Translations under genes and position numbers: made by a program
Origin: an uncultured delta proteobacterium
Lineage (GTDB): Bacteria > Desulfobacterota > Desulfobacteria > Desulfobacterales > SG8-13
Assembly: GCA_963848135.1 (NCBI GenBank)
Contig: CAWKCK010000003.1
Coordinates: 930,001 to 994,000, forward strand
Reading direction: 5' to 3'
DNA: 64,000 nucleotides
In this document: in pieces, positions 9,292 through 19,418 of the stretch
Layout: each line of letters starts with the position of its first letter
How positions within the stretch are numbered: the stretch's first letter is position 1
The notes under the pieces: model-generated
Told to the model about the DNA's origin: nothing
The model's database searches: none
Seen by the model: only the letters and a program-made list of their open reading frames with translations

Positions 9292-11214
9292 TTAATTCCC
9301 GGCGGTATTTCCAACCCTTCCGGTCACGGCGGTGGGACCGGTTTCGGACCGTGGCTCATAGAATGGAACGAGGAGATGATAAATTCCCTGTTCCAATTCC
9401 GCCTTGATTGGCAGATCACCTTTCCGGAACACCTTCATCATTCCCAGGTTCGAAAAAAGGACGTCGGCCGTGAAGCCCTGCACCCCTCTCTCCTTGGCCA
9501 ACCGGATGAGCATACGGTACATATACGTCGCAATACCCAAACCCTGATAGCTTTCATCGACGATAAAAACAACTTCGGCATAGGGCCGATGTTTTTCAAC
9601 GATGTAACGCGCTTCGGCAATTAAGCGGGACGGCGTGTCACCCTCCGCCAACCCGACAATCGACAGGGTGTCGCTCCAGTCGACGTTGACATACTGCTGC
9701 ATCTTGGCGTGGGGCATGGTTTTCACATGGCCGAAATAGCGGTAATATACGGCTTCATCCGAAAATCGGTAAAAAAGCTGCCGCATCTGCTCCTCATCGG
9801 ATGGTTTTATTGCACGGAAGCGAAATACATTTCCGTTTCTGCAGTGGTAGAGTTCGGATATGTCGGCCGGGTAAAGACGGGCGCTTTCGGGCAGATAAAT
9901 TTGGTCCGGATAAATGATCTTGGCCGCCTTGGCCTGTTCGACTAGAAGAGGGCGATCTTCGGGATGAGCGATGTCAATCAGTGCCTGAGCTCTCTCGCGA
10001 AGGGTGAGGCCTTTCAAGCGGGCCACTCCGTATTCAGTTACCACCACGTCCACCAGCTCCCTCGAACGGAACTCATTGGGGAAACCTTTAATCGAGACCA
10101 GGACGTTGGAGATTCCTTCTCTGTTCCGGCTCGTTAGGGCAAAGATCGTCCGTCCCTCCGGAGAAATATTAGCGCCATTCACCAATTCAGCCAGTTCCGC
10201 CGGTCCTGTCGCCACAGTATTTCTGCCGATCGGAAGCGCGATACGACCCAGCAGGCCGATTTTGCGGACGGCCACAACAGCAGTGAAACGGGGGTTTCGA
10301 CCGATAACGCTCGGGCTGCAGACTTTGTCAATTGCCTGGAATTCGACCAGAGGGTTTTGGTCCAGCCATGCGAGAAGTTTCGGGGTGCCGATGGCATAAG
10401 ATGTCAGGGATTTGCCCCGGTAAGTGCCCTTGAATCGATTGGTGACGGCACCGGAATTGACCAAATCCATTAATGCGTCGGTAAATACCGGTGAGTGCAC
10501 CCCAAGATGTTTCTTTGTCGCCAAGTGGCGGCTCAAGGCTTCAAATATTGGCCCGAAGGAGAAGGCGATACAACTGTGATCCGCGATCAATTCGGCCACA
10601 TTGGCAGCCACCTGGTCATGGGCGGCTGCTACAGGGCATCGATCAAAATATATGGGCGCGTCATGGGCTTCCACCAGACAGTTAAAATCGGAAACATGGA
10701 CAAACGTGTCACCGAAGGTGCGCGGCACCTGTGGGTTGATTTCCCCCGCCACAAGAGTGGCCTTCTCCATTGCCAGACGGGCAACGTCAACAGCGATCCC
10801 GAGGCTGCAGTTTCCGGTCTTGTCCGGCGGCGAAACTTGAACAAAAGCGGCATGAACAGGGACTTGGCCTGATTCGATGAGTTCTGGTATCCATGCGAAT
10901 CGGCTGGGAATCAGATCAACGTAACCATCGGAAATGGCCCCGTGGGATACCCAGCCGGAAAAGAAAGTTTTGAGGCGGTATTTTTGGGCCTTGAGTTCTT
11001 TGACAGATATGGCGTCACCGAAACTCACCAGTTGGATAAGTTCCAGATCGGTGAGGTTTCCACCTCTGTTGCTCATCAGAGCCCTGACAAGGGTACGCGG
11101 TTCCGCCACACCGGTTCCGATAAAAATACTCATTCCGGGTTTTATTCTACGGATCACCTCTTCAGGGGAACAGATTTTGGAATTCCAAGGACTCACCAGC
11201 AATCCGCCCATCAT
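9292..11214 (-). CDS. acetyl-CoA hydrolase/transferase-like domain fused to a C-terminal GNAT acetyltransferase
   Basis: N-terminal ACH fold (VSPPDKTGNCSLG, VVVTEYGVARLKG..LRERAQALIDIAHP) and C-terminal GNAT (FRAIKPSDE...YQGLGIA...NLGMMKVFRK). The start is probably ATG 11214 rather than 11319. Confidence 0.85.
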   Translation of the reverse strand: MMGGLLVSPWNSKICSPEEVIRRIKPGMSIFIGTGVAEPRTLVRALMSNRGGNLTDLELIQLVSFGDAISVKELKAQKYRLKTFFSGWVSHGAISDGYVDLIPSRFAWIPELIESGQVPVHAAFVQVSPPDKTGNCSLGIAVDVARLAMEKATLVAGEINPQVPRTFGDTFVHVSDFNCLVEAHDAPIYFDRCPVAAAHDQVAANVAELIADHSCIAFSFGPIFEALSRHLATKKHLGVHSPVFTDALMDLVNSGAVTNRFKGTYRGKSLTSYAIGTPKLLAWLDQNPLVEFQAIDKVCSPSVIGRNPRFTAVVAVRKIGLLGRIALPIGRNTVATGPAELAELVNGANISPEGRTIFALTSRNREGISNVLVSIKGFPNEFRSRELVDVVVTEYGVARLKGLTLRERAQALIDIAHPEDRPLLVEQAKAAKIIYPDQIYLPESARLYPADISELYHCRNGNVFRFRAIKPSDEEQMRQLFYRFSDEAVYYRYFGHVKTMPHAKMQQYVNVDWSDTLSIVGLAEGDTPSRLIAEARYIVEKHRPYAEVVFIVDESYQGLGIATYMYRMLIRLAKERGVQGFTADVLFSNLGMMKVFRKGDLPIKAELEQGIYHLLVPFYEPRSETGPTAVTGRVGNTAGN

Positions 11215-11260
11215 CGCCCTCTTCAACGTAAAATTCGATGACCGGTAGGTTGGCGCGACG

Positions 11261-11749
11261 TCATTCTGCGGATTCGTAAGTCGGGAATTGACCGCTACCC
11301 GACACAATATTCGCTCCACTTATCGGCAGCGTGGCAATCATCTTGTAAGTCTCGAGAAGCCTTTTTGCCAGCGTCTTAGTTAAACCTTTGTAGAGGATCT
11401 GGCCGCTGACCGGGTCTTTTTCCAGCTCCTGTTGGAAACGTTGCCGATCGAATGCGAAGAGAGTTGTCGGCTCGAGGCATTCAGCTGTGGCGGAATATTT
11501 CTCACGCCCCACCAGCGTCGACCACCCAAATGCTTCCCCGCCCTTGCTGACGATGTAGACGATGTGACCCAACTCCCCGATCATTATCCGAACCCGGCCC
11601 TCGATAAGCACATAGAGACGTTCTGCTGCGTCGCCTTCGACAAAGATCGTTTCTCCGGACGTAAAACATTTTCTTTCAGCGATTTTCATGAGCGCCTTTG
11701 CAAAGGCCATACTTGTGCCATAGAAAAAATCGGCCTGCTGAATATACAT
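11261..11749 (-). CDS. stand-alone cyclic nucleotide-binding domain protein
   Basis: GETIFVEGDAAERLYVLIEGRVRI...GEAFGWSTL...YSATAEC. No clear C-terminal HTH. SD AAGGAGG. Confidence 0.85.
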   Translation of the reverse strand: MYIQQADFFYGTSMAFAKALMKIAERKCFTSGETIFVEGDAAERLYVLIEGRVRIMIGELGHIVYIVSKGGEAFGWSTLVGREKYSATAECLEPTTLFAFDRQRFQQELEKDPVSGQILYKGLTKTLAKRLLETYKMIATLPISGANIVSGSGQFPTYESAE

Positions 11750-12038
11750 AATGTCGCCTCCTTGTCGAATGACACCTGTTCCGGTTCGTCATTTCGTCGA
11801 ATGGGCAGCTTCAGCGATGGGATCTGATCGAAATAAGTCGCTTAACCGGCGGCGCTGAACAGAAGGGATGGTTGTGAGATGGTGGTGTATCATGCCGAAT
11901 CGGAACAAGTTGACAGGGGCTGCAAGTGTGACGGACCGTTAATTTGTTTTATACTTTAACATAATACGGGCAGGGTACAAATCAATGATATTGCCGGGGT
12001 GTCGGTGAAAAATAAGTCTTCGTTCGATCCGTAACCGA

Positions 12039-14258
12039 TCAACCGTTTACGGCCAGGCGATCGGCCAGCCTGGAAAGGCGCTGTCTGGGGCGAATGTTGG
12101 CAAGGGCGATACTGAGCGCTTTGCGGGTACCGACAAGAACGACCAATTGTTTTCCGCGGGTTATGGCCGTGTAGAGCAGATTGCGCTGGAGCATCACAAA
12201 ATGCTGGGTCATGACGGGCATGACGATTGCCGGATATTCCGATCCCTGGGATTTGTGTACGGTAATCGCATAGGCCAAAATGATTTCTTCGAGCTCGGGG
12301 AGGGTGTATTCCACGATTCGGCCGTCGTAATCGACCGCCACGATGTCATTTTTCCGATCGATATCGCAGATAATCCCGCTATCGCCGTTATAGACATCTT
12401 TGCGGTAATTGTTTTTGAGGTGCATAACTTTGTCTTGCGGCTTGAAGGCTTGGCCGGCGAACCGGATCTCAACCGGATTCGGGTTGAGTCGGCGTTGAAT
12501 GGCTCGATTGAGATTTATCGTACCGACGATTCCCTTATGCATGGGGGTAAGGACCTGAATATCGCTTTTTGAATCGAGCCCGAATTGCGCCGGTATTTTA
12601 CGGCAGCACAGATCGATGATCATCTCCACAGCTTTTTCCGGACGGTGTTCTTCAAAAAAATAAAAGTCCGATGCCTGCTCGGGGAATTCGACAGGCGGGA
12701 GTTCCGGTTGCTCTCCGCGGCGGACACGATGGGCATTGAGTATAATCGCGCTCTCCCGGCTTTGACGATAAATTTCGGTCAATTCGAATGTCTGAATGGC
12801 TTTCGAATGGATCAGGTCGGCCAAAACATTACCCGGTCCGACGGAAGGCAACTGAAAAACATCTCCGACGAAAATGAGTCTGGATGTTACATGAACGGCA
12901 TGTAGCAGATGGTTCATCAGAACGGTATCCACCATGGACGCTTCGTCGATGATCACCACATCGGTTTGGAGTGGATTGTCCAGGTCGTGTTCGAAAGTGT
13001 CCTCAATCGGGTTGTATCCTAAGAGTTTGTGGATCGTATGGGCATTGCGGCGGGTAATTTCGGATAATCGCCGTGCCGCCCGTCCCGTTGGAGCTCCCAA
13101 GAGAATCCTTTTCCCCAGAGAATTGAAGACGGCGGTAATGGCACGAATCAGGGTCGTCTTGCCTGTTCCGGGACCACCGGTGATAATGGCCACCCGATAA
13201 CCAAAAAGGTTTGTGATAACGCGTGTCTGCTCGAGTGACAATTCAATCGCCAACTGTTTGAGAACCTGTGCAGCGATGTTATCCCGATCCACGTCGCTTG
13301 GCTCAGTCGGAAGTGATAGGAGGGTTTTGAGTCTGTTGGCGATACCGCTCTCGGCCCAGTGAAGGGCCGTCATGTAAACCGCCTGAGCGGGTGGAACGAC
13401 CGGAAGGTCCTCTATTACGACCTCGTTTGCTGCTGCCAGTTCTTTCACCGCGGCCTCGAGTGCACCGGAATCGATATTGAAGACCTGCCGGCAACGAGCC
13501 GTCAGGTCGGCCGCCGCAATGAACGTGTTACCCTCTTCGGAGGCTTCCCTCAGTGTATGCAGGGCACAGGCCTGTACCCTTTGAGGATCATCCGGAGGTG
13601 TACCGGCTTGTTGCATGATGGTATCGGCGATACTAAAGCCGAATCGGGGCAGGTCATGAACCAGGCGGTAAGGATCTTTTTCCAGAACATCCAGTGATTC
13701 GTCACCGTAAACAGCGTATATCCGGGAGGCATAGGCGGGTCTGAGGCCGTTTGCTTGCAGAAAATTTATCAGACCTCGGATGACATGTTCGTTTTTCCAC
13801 GCGTTTGCAATCAACCGGGCCGTTTTTTTACCGATCCCCTTGACTTCGCAAAGCTTTTGCGGATCGTTCTCGATCACTTTCAACGTTTTTTCTTTAAAAT
13901 GGTCGACCAATTGCGCGATAATTTTAGGTCCGACACCTTTTACAAAACCCGAGATCAGGTATTGCCGAATGCCTTCAATGGTTGCCGGAAGAACGGTTTG
14001 TAGAGATGAGAGGCGGAGCTGCAGTCCATAGCGCTTGTGAGTTTCCCAGGATCCGGTGATGCACATTTCCGTTCCGGGACGAGGACGTGGCATGTGGCCG
14101 AAGACAGTGACCAGGTTGTCGGTGCCGGCAACCCGGAAGCGACAGATGGCGAACTGGTTATCGGGATTGTAGTAAGTTATTTTTTCAATGCGCCCCTCAA
14201 AAGAGACTGTCTGAAGGGCATCATGATGATTCGTAGAATCATCCTTTAGGTTTTCCAT
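12039..14258 (-). CDS. recD2: ATP-dependent RecD2-like DNA helicase
   Basis: HhH repeats (VKGVGPK, VKGIGKK), ITGGPGTGKT, APTGRAA, IIDEASM, AYAITVHKSQGSE, LLYTAITRGK. Confidence 0.95.
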   Translation of the reverse strand: MENLKDDSTNHHDALQTVSFEGRIEKITYYNPDNQFAICRFRVAGTDNLVTVFGHMPRPRPGTEMCITGSWETHKRYGLQLRLSSLQTVLPATIEGIRQYLISGFVKGVGPKIIAQLVDHFKEKTLKVIENDPQKLCEVKGIGKKTARLIANAWKNEHVIRGLINFLQANGLRPAYASRIYAVYGDESLDVLEKDPYRLVHDLPRFGFSIADTIMQQAGTPPDDPQRVQACALHTLREASEEGNTFIAAADLTARCRQVFNIDSGALEAAVKELAAANEVVIEDLPVVPPAQAVYMTALHWAESGIANRLKTLLSLPTEPSDVDRDNIAAQVLKQLAIELSLEQTRVITNLFGYRVAIITGGPGTGKTTLIRAITAVFNSLGKRILLGAPTGRAARRLSEITRRNAHTIHKLLGYNPIEDTFEHDLDNPLQTDVVIIDEASMVDTVLMNHLLHAVHVTSRLIFVGDVFQLPSVGPGNVLADLIHSKAIQTFELTEIYRQSRESAIILNAHRVRRGEQPELPPVEFPEQASDFYFFEEHRPEKAVEMIIDLCCRKIPAQFGLDSKSDIQVLTPMHKGIVGTINLNRAIQRRLNPNPVEIRFAGQAFKPQDKVMHLKNNYRKDVYNGDSGIICDIDRKNDIVAVDYDGRIVEYTLPELEEIILAYAITVHKSQGSEYPAIVMPVMTQHFVMLQRNLLYTAITRGKQLVVLVGTRKALSIALANIRPRQRLSRLADRLAVNG

Positions 14259-14309
14259 ACGAAAATTATTGACTCACATAAGGGTTGTCTCGTCTGCATG
14301 AGATGGGGC

Positions 14310-14924
14310 CTACGGGCAACCCTTCTTGAGGGTTGAAGCCGGTGTGGTCATCAGAGACATCCGGGACAGGATCCAATCGGATGCATCGGCGAGATTTTCG
14401 GCCACGAAGTCGATGGTGATGCCTTTGCGATCGAGAATCTCCAGCGCATTTATTCCATTGCCGGTTTTGACCAGCACTGCAGCAGCGCATCCGGCGTTGC
14501 GGGCGCATTCAATATCTTTGGCACTGTCACCGATCATGACCGTCTTTTGCGCCTCGATTGCATATTTGTGACAGGCTTGCCGTATCAGGCCGGGTTTCGG
14601 TTTACGGCAGTCACAACCTTCATCCGGCCGGTGAGGACAGAAGAAGACGTCGGCAATGTGGCCACCACATGCAGCGACGGCTTCTTTCAAACGCCGATGG
14701 ATGTCGAAAAGGGTTTCCAGATCTATAAGACCGCGGTTGACCGCCGATTGGTTGGAGATGATGATAGTGGTGAATTCGGCGGCGGCAAGATGTTGCAGGG
14801 CCTCGAGGCTTCCCGGCAGAAACTCGAATTCGTTCCAGTTTTTTATGTAAGCGGGCGAATCTCTGTTGATGACGCCATCGCGATCCAGGAATACAACCTT
14901 TTGCAGTGCCGATATCGGTTTCAA
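14310..14924 (-). CDS. gmhB: D-glycero-D-manno-heptose 1,7-bisphosphate phosphatase (HAD IIIA)
   Basis: FLDRDGVIN, SNQS, CPHRPDEGCDCRKPKPG, MIGD. Confidence 0.9.
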   Translation of the reverse strand: MKPISALQKVVFLDRDGVINRDSPAYIKNWNEFEFLPGSLEALQHLAAAEFTTIIISNQSAVNRGLIDLETLFDIHRRLKEAVAACGGHIADVFFCPHRPDEGCDCRKPKPGLIRQACHKYAIEAQKTVMIGDSAKDIECARNAGCAAAVLVKTGNGINALEILDRKGITIDFVAENLADASDWILSRMSLMTTPASTLKKGCP

Positions 14925-15001
14925 TGTTTTTTTCAGCCGCCAATCAATGCAGAGATGTCATGAAATTTGGGGATGGGCCTTTCGTGCTCAAAGAGTGCGG
15001 T

Positions 15002-15784
15002 TCATTCGGCGACCACAAAAGGTTCGTATCCGTCCCTGATGAGGTTTTCCTCACCTTTACGCGCCGCCTCCAAACTGGTGAAAAAACCGACGCGGACCCG
15101 GTAATATAATCCGCTTCCGGTATCATAGGGGGCGATGTGCGCGTTTTGATAGGCACGGTCCAGTTTTGACCTGAGATTTTCGGCGTTGTTGCGGTCGCGG
15201 AATGCACCGACCTGAAAGGTAAACTTTCCCGCGTCGTAATCTATCGGTTCGTAAGGTTTACCCGTTGCATCCGATCCTGAAGAACCGTCGATAGAGCCGA
15301 GAGCGACAATTTCGACGCGCGCCGTCCCCGGCCCTGCGACACCCAGTTCTTTGGCGGCACCGTAGGAAAGATCGATGATCCGCCCGCGGACGAAAGGGCC
15401 GCGGTCGTTAATCCGCAGGTCAAGCTCACGACGGTTGTCGAGATTGCGAACCTTGACGATCGTGTTGAACGGCAGGGTTTTGTGGGCGGCCGAAACTCCG
15501 TACATGTTGTAAATTTCGCCATTGGCTGTCTTACGACCGTGGAATTCTTTACCATACCACGAGGCGAGTCCGGTCTGAGTGAACCCATGCGCGTGGGCGC
15601 GGGGATAATACCATTGGCCGTTAATCTGATAGGGCTTGGATTGCTTCGCAGTTGAGCGCGAAGGGGGTTGAGATACGCTGGTGCAGGAGCCGATCATGAA
15701 AATCGTGGCAATGAGCCACAGAAAAGGGGTCTTGAATTTGCCAGCGGTGACATGCCGGTTACAGGCGTCAATTTTTTGATACAT
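15002..15784 (-). CDS. rlpA: septal ring lytic transglycosylase RlpA lipoprotein with SPOR domain
   Basis: GLASWYG..FHGRKTANGE, AAHKTLP, INDRGPF..GRIIDLS, C-terminal SPOR (FQVGAF), lipobox-like IGSC. Confidence 0.93.
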   Translation of the reverse strand: MYQKIDACNRHVTAGKFKTPFLWLIATIFMIGSCTSVSQPPSRSTAKQSKPYQINGQWYYPRAHAHGFTQTGLASWYGKEFHGRKTANGEIYNMYGVSAAHKTLPFNTIVKVRNLDNRRELDLRINDRGPFVRGRIIDLSYGAAKELGVAGPGTARVEIVALGSIDGSSGSDATGKPYEPIDYDAGKFTFQVGAFRDRNNAENLRSKLDRAYQNAHIAPYDTGSGLYYRVRVGFFTSLEAARKGEENLIRDGYEPFVVAE

Positions 15785-15983
15785 GAGTGTCAGGCCGTAT
15801 CCGGGTTGCGATCTGAAGAATAGGTCATTGGATCGGTCTGCGGTCCGATCCGGGTTTCGCTGGTCGTGAACGAAAGATAGTAATCAATACCCGATTGCGA
15901 CGTTTATTTCAAACCCTTTCTGGGGCAAAAACCACCGAGAATGGTCCTCAGACGGCGGTTGGTTGGGTACAGGCCGACGATTG

Positions 15984-18332
15984 TCATGGTTCCAATGCGA
16001 GTTTCAAAACATCCAGCATCTTGTCGGCGAACAGGAAAGTGATGTCTTTCTGGACTTTTTTAGGAATCTCGTCCAGATCCTTCTTGTTCCATGCCGGCAG
16101 GATGATCGTCTTTATCCCGGCACGATGGGCCGCAAGCATCTTCTCCTTGATGCCCCCGACCGGCAATACCTGCCCGCGCAGCGTGATTTCACCGGTCATG
16201 GCCAGATCTTTTTTTATGGTTCTGCCGGTCAATAGGGATACCAGCGCGGAAAGCATGGTCACGCCGGCAGACGGCCCATCCTTGGGAATGGCGCCGGCGG
16301 GTATGTGGATGTGAATGTCTTTTTTAGTGAAAAAATCTTCCGCAATGCCCAGCGTTTTAGCATTGGCCCGAATAAAACTCAGCGCGGCGGTTGCCGACTC
16401 TTTCATTACGTCTCCGAGTTGGCCGGTCAAGGTCAACCCTTTATTGCCTTTCATGGCTGTCGCTTCAATGAAGAGAAGTTCCCCGCCGGTTTGGGTCCAG
16501 GCCAGCCCCATGGCCACACCGGGTGTTTGAATCCTGGCCTTGGATTCATAAGTGAAACGCACCGCTCCGAGATACTTCGAAACATTGGAGACTTTTACGG
16601 ATACGGATTCTATCTCGCCAGTGGCAATTTTACTGGCCACACCGCGGCAGATGGCAGCAATTTCCCGTTCCAGGTTTCGTAGACCGGCTTCGCGCGTGTA
16701 ACCGGAAATGATGTGGCGGACAGCGCCTTTGGTGAAGTGAATCTGATCCGCTTTCAACCCGTGTTCCCGCCGCTGCCGAGGAATGAGGTATCGATTGGCA
16801 ATTTTAACTTTTTCATCTTCGGTGTATCCCACGAGCTGGAGAACTTCCATCCGGTCCCGCAGTGGCGGTGGGATCGTATCGAGAATATTGGCTGTGGTGA
16901 TGAACATAACTTTCGACAAATCGAAAGGGACATCGAGATAATGATCGGAAAAAGAGAAATTCTGTTCCGGGTCGAGAACCTCGAGTAAGGCCGAAGAAGG
17001 GTCACCGCGAAAGTCGCTGCCGACTTTATCGATCTCATCCAGCATAAAGACCGGGTTGTTCGAGCCGGCACGCCTCAGGCCTTGGATGATTCGGCCGGGC
17101 ATGGCCCCGACATAGGTCCGCCGGTGTCCACGGATCTCGGCTTCATCGTGAACTCCGCCCAGTGAAATCCGGTGAAATTTTCGACCCAGCGCCCTGGCGA
17201 TGGAGCGGCCGAGGGATGTTTTCCCGGTACCGGGAGGGCCAGCGAAACAGAGTATGGGACCCTTGGATTCGGGTTTAAGTTTGCGAACGGCGAGGTATTC
17301 GATGATCCTTTTCTTCGGCTTTTCCAATCCGAAGTGATCCTCGTCGAGGATTTTCACCGCTTTAGCGATGTCTAGTGTATCATCCGTGCTGTCGTGCCAG
17401 GGCATAGATGTCATCCAGTCCAAGTAAGTGGATGCCACGGTGTATTCGGCCGAACTGGGATGCATGCGTTCGAGGCGGTTGAGTTCCCTTTCGGCTTCTT
17501 TGAGGGCTTCTTCAGGAAGGTTGGCTTTGGCGATCTTTGTCTGATACTCCTCGATTTCGACAGATGATTCGTCCTTTTCTCCCAACTCTTCCTTTATGGC
17601 CTTAAGCTGCTGACGCAGGTAATACTCTCGCTGGCTTTTTTCCATGTCACCTTTTACCTGTGACTGGATTTTATTGCCCAGTTCAAGAATGTCCAGCTGA
17701 TGGTTTGCCAGACGGGTGACCTCCTTTAAACGCTCTTTGATATCGGTGGTCTCGAGGACCTTGAGTTTTTCTTCGGTGGAGGCGTTGATCGTGGATGCAA
17801 CCATATCGGCGAGGGTTCCGGGTTCCTGTATCGATTTGGCCATACCGCCCATTTCTTCGGGTAAACCGGCCGACAATTCGACGATTTTCATAAACAGTCC
17901 AACCAAATTGGACATCAATGCTTCGGTCTCATTGTCTTTGGTGTCCGTGTCCGTCAGATGTTCCACTTGCGCAATGAGGTAGGGGTGCCCGTTCTGAAAA
18001 GCGGTGACTTTGAATCGACTCAAGCCCTGGACCAGTAGCTGGGCCTTTCGATCATCGGTCTTGGCCATTTTAAGAATCAGAGCCGTTGTCCCGACATTGG
18101 CCAAATCTTCCTTCGGGTAAGGGATCCTGTCGGTCCTTTTTGTTGCCACCGCCAACCCTATAATGCGATTTGTTGACATGGCCTCATCGATCAGCTGAAT
18201 TGATTCTTCCTGCATGACGGCCAACGGCAGGACCATCTTTGGAAAGAGTGCGGTATCGAACAAAGGCATAATGGGTAGAATGTCAGGAAGATCTTCCGGG
18301 CTCTTTGGCTTGTGGGCCTTCGGTTCTGTCAT
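15984..18332 (-). CDS. lon: ATP-dependent protease La (Lon)
   Basis: LON-N domain, GPPGTGKTS, LDEIDK, PKDGPSAG catalytic Ser, VGGIKEK. Start ATG 18332 follows GGAGG. Confidence 0.97.
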   Translation of the reverse strand: MTEPKAHKPKSPEDLPDILPIMPLFDTALFPKMVLPLAVMQEESIQLIDEAMSTNRIIGLAVATKRTDRIPYPKEDLANVGTTALILKMAKTDDRKAQLLVQGLSRFKVTAFQNGHPYLIAQVEHLTDTDTKDNETEALMSNLVGLFMKIVELSAGLPEEMGGMAKSIQEPGTLADMVASTINASTEEKLKVLETTDIKERLKEVTRLANHQLDILELGNKIQSQVKGDMEKSQREYYLRQQLKAIKEELGEKDESSVEIEEYQTKIAKANLPEEALKEAERELNRLERMHPSSAEYTVASTYLDWMTSMPWHDSTDDTLDIAKAVKILDEDHFGLEKPKKRIIEYLAVRKLKPESKGPILCFAGPPGTGKTSLGRSIARALGRKFHRISLGGVHDEAEIRGHRRTYVGAMPGRIIQGLRRAGSNNPVFMLDEIDKVGSDFRGDPSSALLEVLDPEQNFSFSDHYLDVPFDLSKVMFITTANILDTIPPPLRDRMEVLQLVGYTEDEKVKIANRYLIPRQRREHGLKADQIHFTKGAVRHIISGYTREAGLRNLEREIAAICRGVASKIATGEIESVSVKVSNVSKYLGAVRFTYESKARIQTPGVAMGLAWTQTGGELLFIEATAMKGNKGLTLTGQLGDVMKESATAALSFIRANAKTLGIAEDFFTKKDIHIHIPAGAIPKDGPSAGVTMLSALVSLLTGRTIKKDLAMTGEITLRGQVLPVGGIKEKMLAAHRAGIKTIILPAWNKKDLDEIPKKVQKDITFLFADKMLDVLKLALEP

Positions 18333-18396
18333 GTTTCCCTCCAGAAATTGCAACTCTTGGTTAACTGGGTCTGTCGTTACCGATGGTGTCGAACAT

Positions 18397-18590
18397 TAGA
18401 AGGCATATCAATAAAGTTTTTTCGCCCGATCTGCCAGAGGCGGATGAATCTCGGCGCTGAGCCTTTGCCTCAAGGCCTCGACACACGTGCGCATGCCGGC
18501 GGGGGAGTGATCCACATGCTGTTTTAGATCAGATGGGAAATCCCGCGCTGCGGGGATCCTCGGTCTCGCCTTGATCTCTACCGAAAATCC
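18397..18590. mobile_element. MITE-like interspersed repeat, copy 1 (one end degenerate)
   Basis: Aligns by eye end to end with 46854-47066 and with the reverse complement of 56608-56792. Shared blocks include TTTTC.CCCGATCT, GGCGGA, CCTCGAC and TTGATCTC.ACCGAAAATCC. Confidence 0.85.
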
Positions 18591-18661
18591 TAATAATTAT
18601 TGTTGATTTTCATATTTCGAAAATATGAAACGCTCAACTTGGATTTTAGTGTACCGGCACC

Positions 18662-19114
18662 TCACCCTTCTTCGATCGGGATCGTGTATGATTTTTCTTT
18701 TGGAAGTTTAGCCAGTCTCAGTTGCAGAAAGCCGTTGATATAGGAAGACGAAGTCACCTCGGTATCGATGGGCACCGGAAGGTACAAGAGTCTTTCGAAC
18801 TTTCCATATTGAATTTCGGCCAATCGATAGGTGGCTTTGTCAATATTCTGCATGGGTGTGCGTCGGCCTTTGATCTTCACCGCGCGCCTGTTGATTTCAA
18901 CTTCGAGGTTGTCCTTGTCGACCCCGGCAATTTCGGCGCGCACAATGATTTCTTCGGGAGTTTCATAGACGTCCATTTGCGGGTTCCAAGCGGACTCAGA
19001 AGAAGCGAACATCGGGCTCACCCGCCGCGGCCGAAACATGTCCTCGAATGTTTTCTCCAGTTGAGATGTGATCTTTTCGAGATCATTGCCGAATCGGATT
19101 TTGATATAATCCAT
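18662..19114 (-). CDS. Hsp20/alpha-crystallin small heat shock protein
   Basis: WNPQMDVYET..EIIVRAEIAGV...EIQYGKFER...YINGFLQLRL. It lies upstream of lon in the same orientation. Confidence 0.92.
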   Translation of the reverse strand: MDYIKIRFGNDLEKITSQLEKTFEDMFRPRRVSPMFASSESAWNPQMDVYETPEEIIVRAEIAGVDKDNLEVEINRRAVKIKGRRTPMQNIDKATYRLAEIQYGKFERLLYLPVPIDTEVTSSSYINGFLQLRLAKLPKEKSYTIPIEEG

Positions 19115-19418
19115 ATCTTAATTCTCCTGTTCGCAATGAATCATAATTGGTTACCGTCTATTCTATAACATCCCGACGATAGCGGCCATACATCGGGAAA
19201 AGGTGCTAAAACCTAACACCGAAAGTCAGGTTTGTAAATAGAACCAATACCGGCTGACACCTGATACGATAGGCAACACCGCAACGAGCATAGGAATTTT
19301 TAGCGCCAAGTCGGATGACGCTTGCTGTAACCGGGACAGCCGTGATGTTGCTTGACAGGATGCGCACCGTGCTTAGTTTTTTTGACTGAATATACATCAT
19401 ATAAGGAAGGTAAAAACC

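Noticed and set aside
19115..19418. CIRCE-like half sites (GGTGCTAA, TTAGCGCC) between the divergent hsp20 genes
   Set aside because: The half sites are in the wrong order and spacing for TTAGCACTC-N9-GAGTGCTAA.
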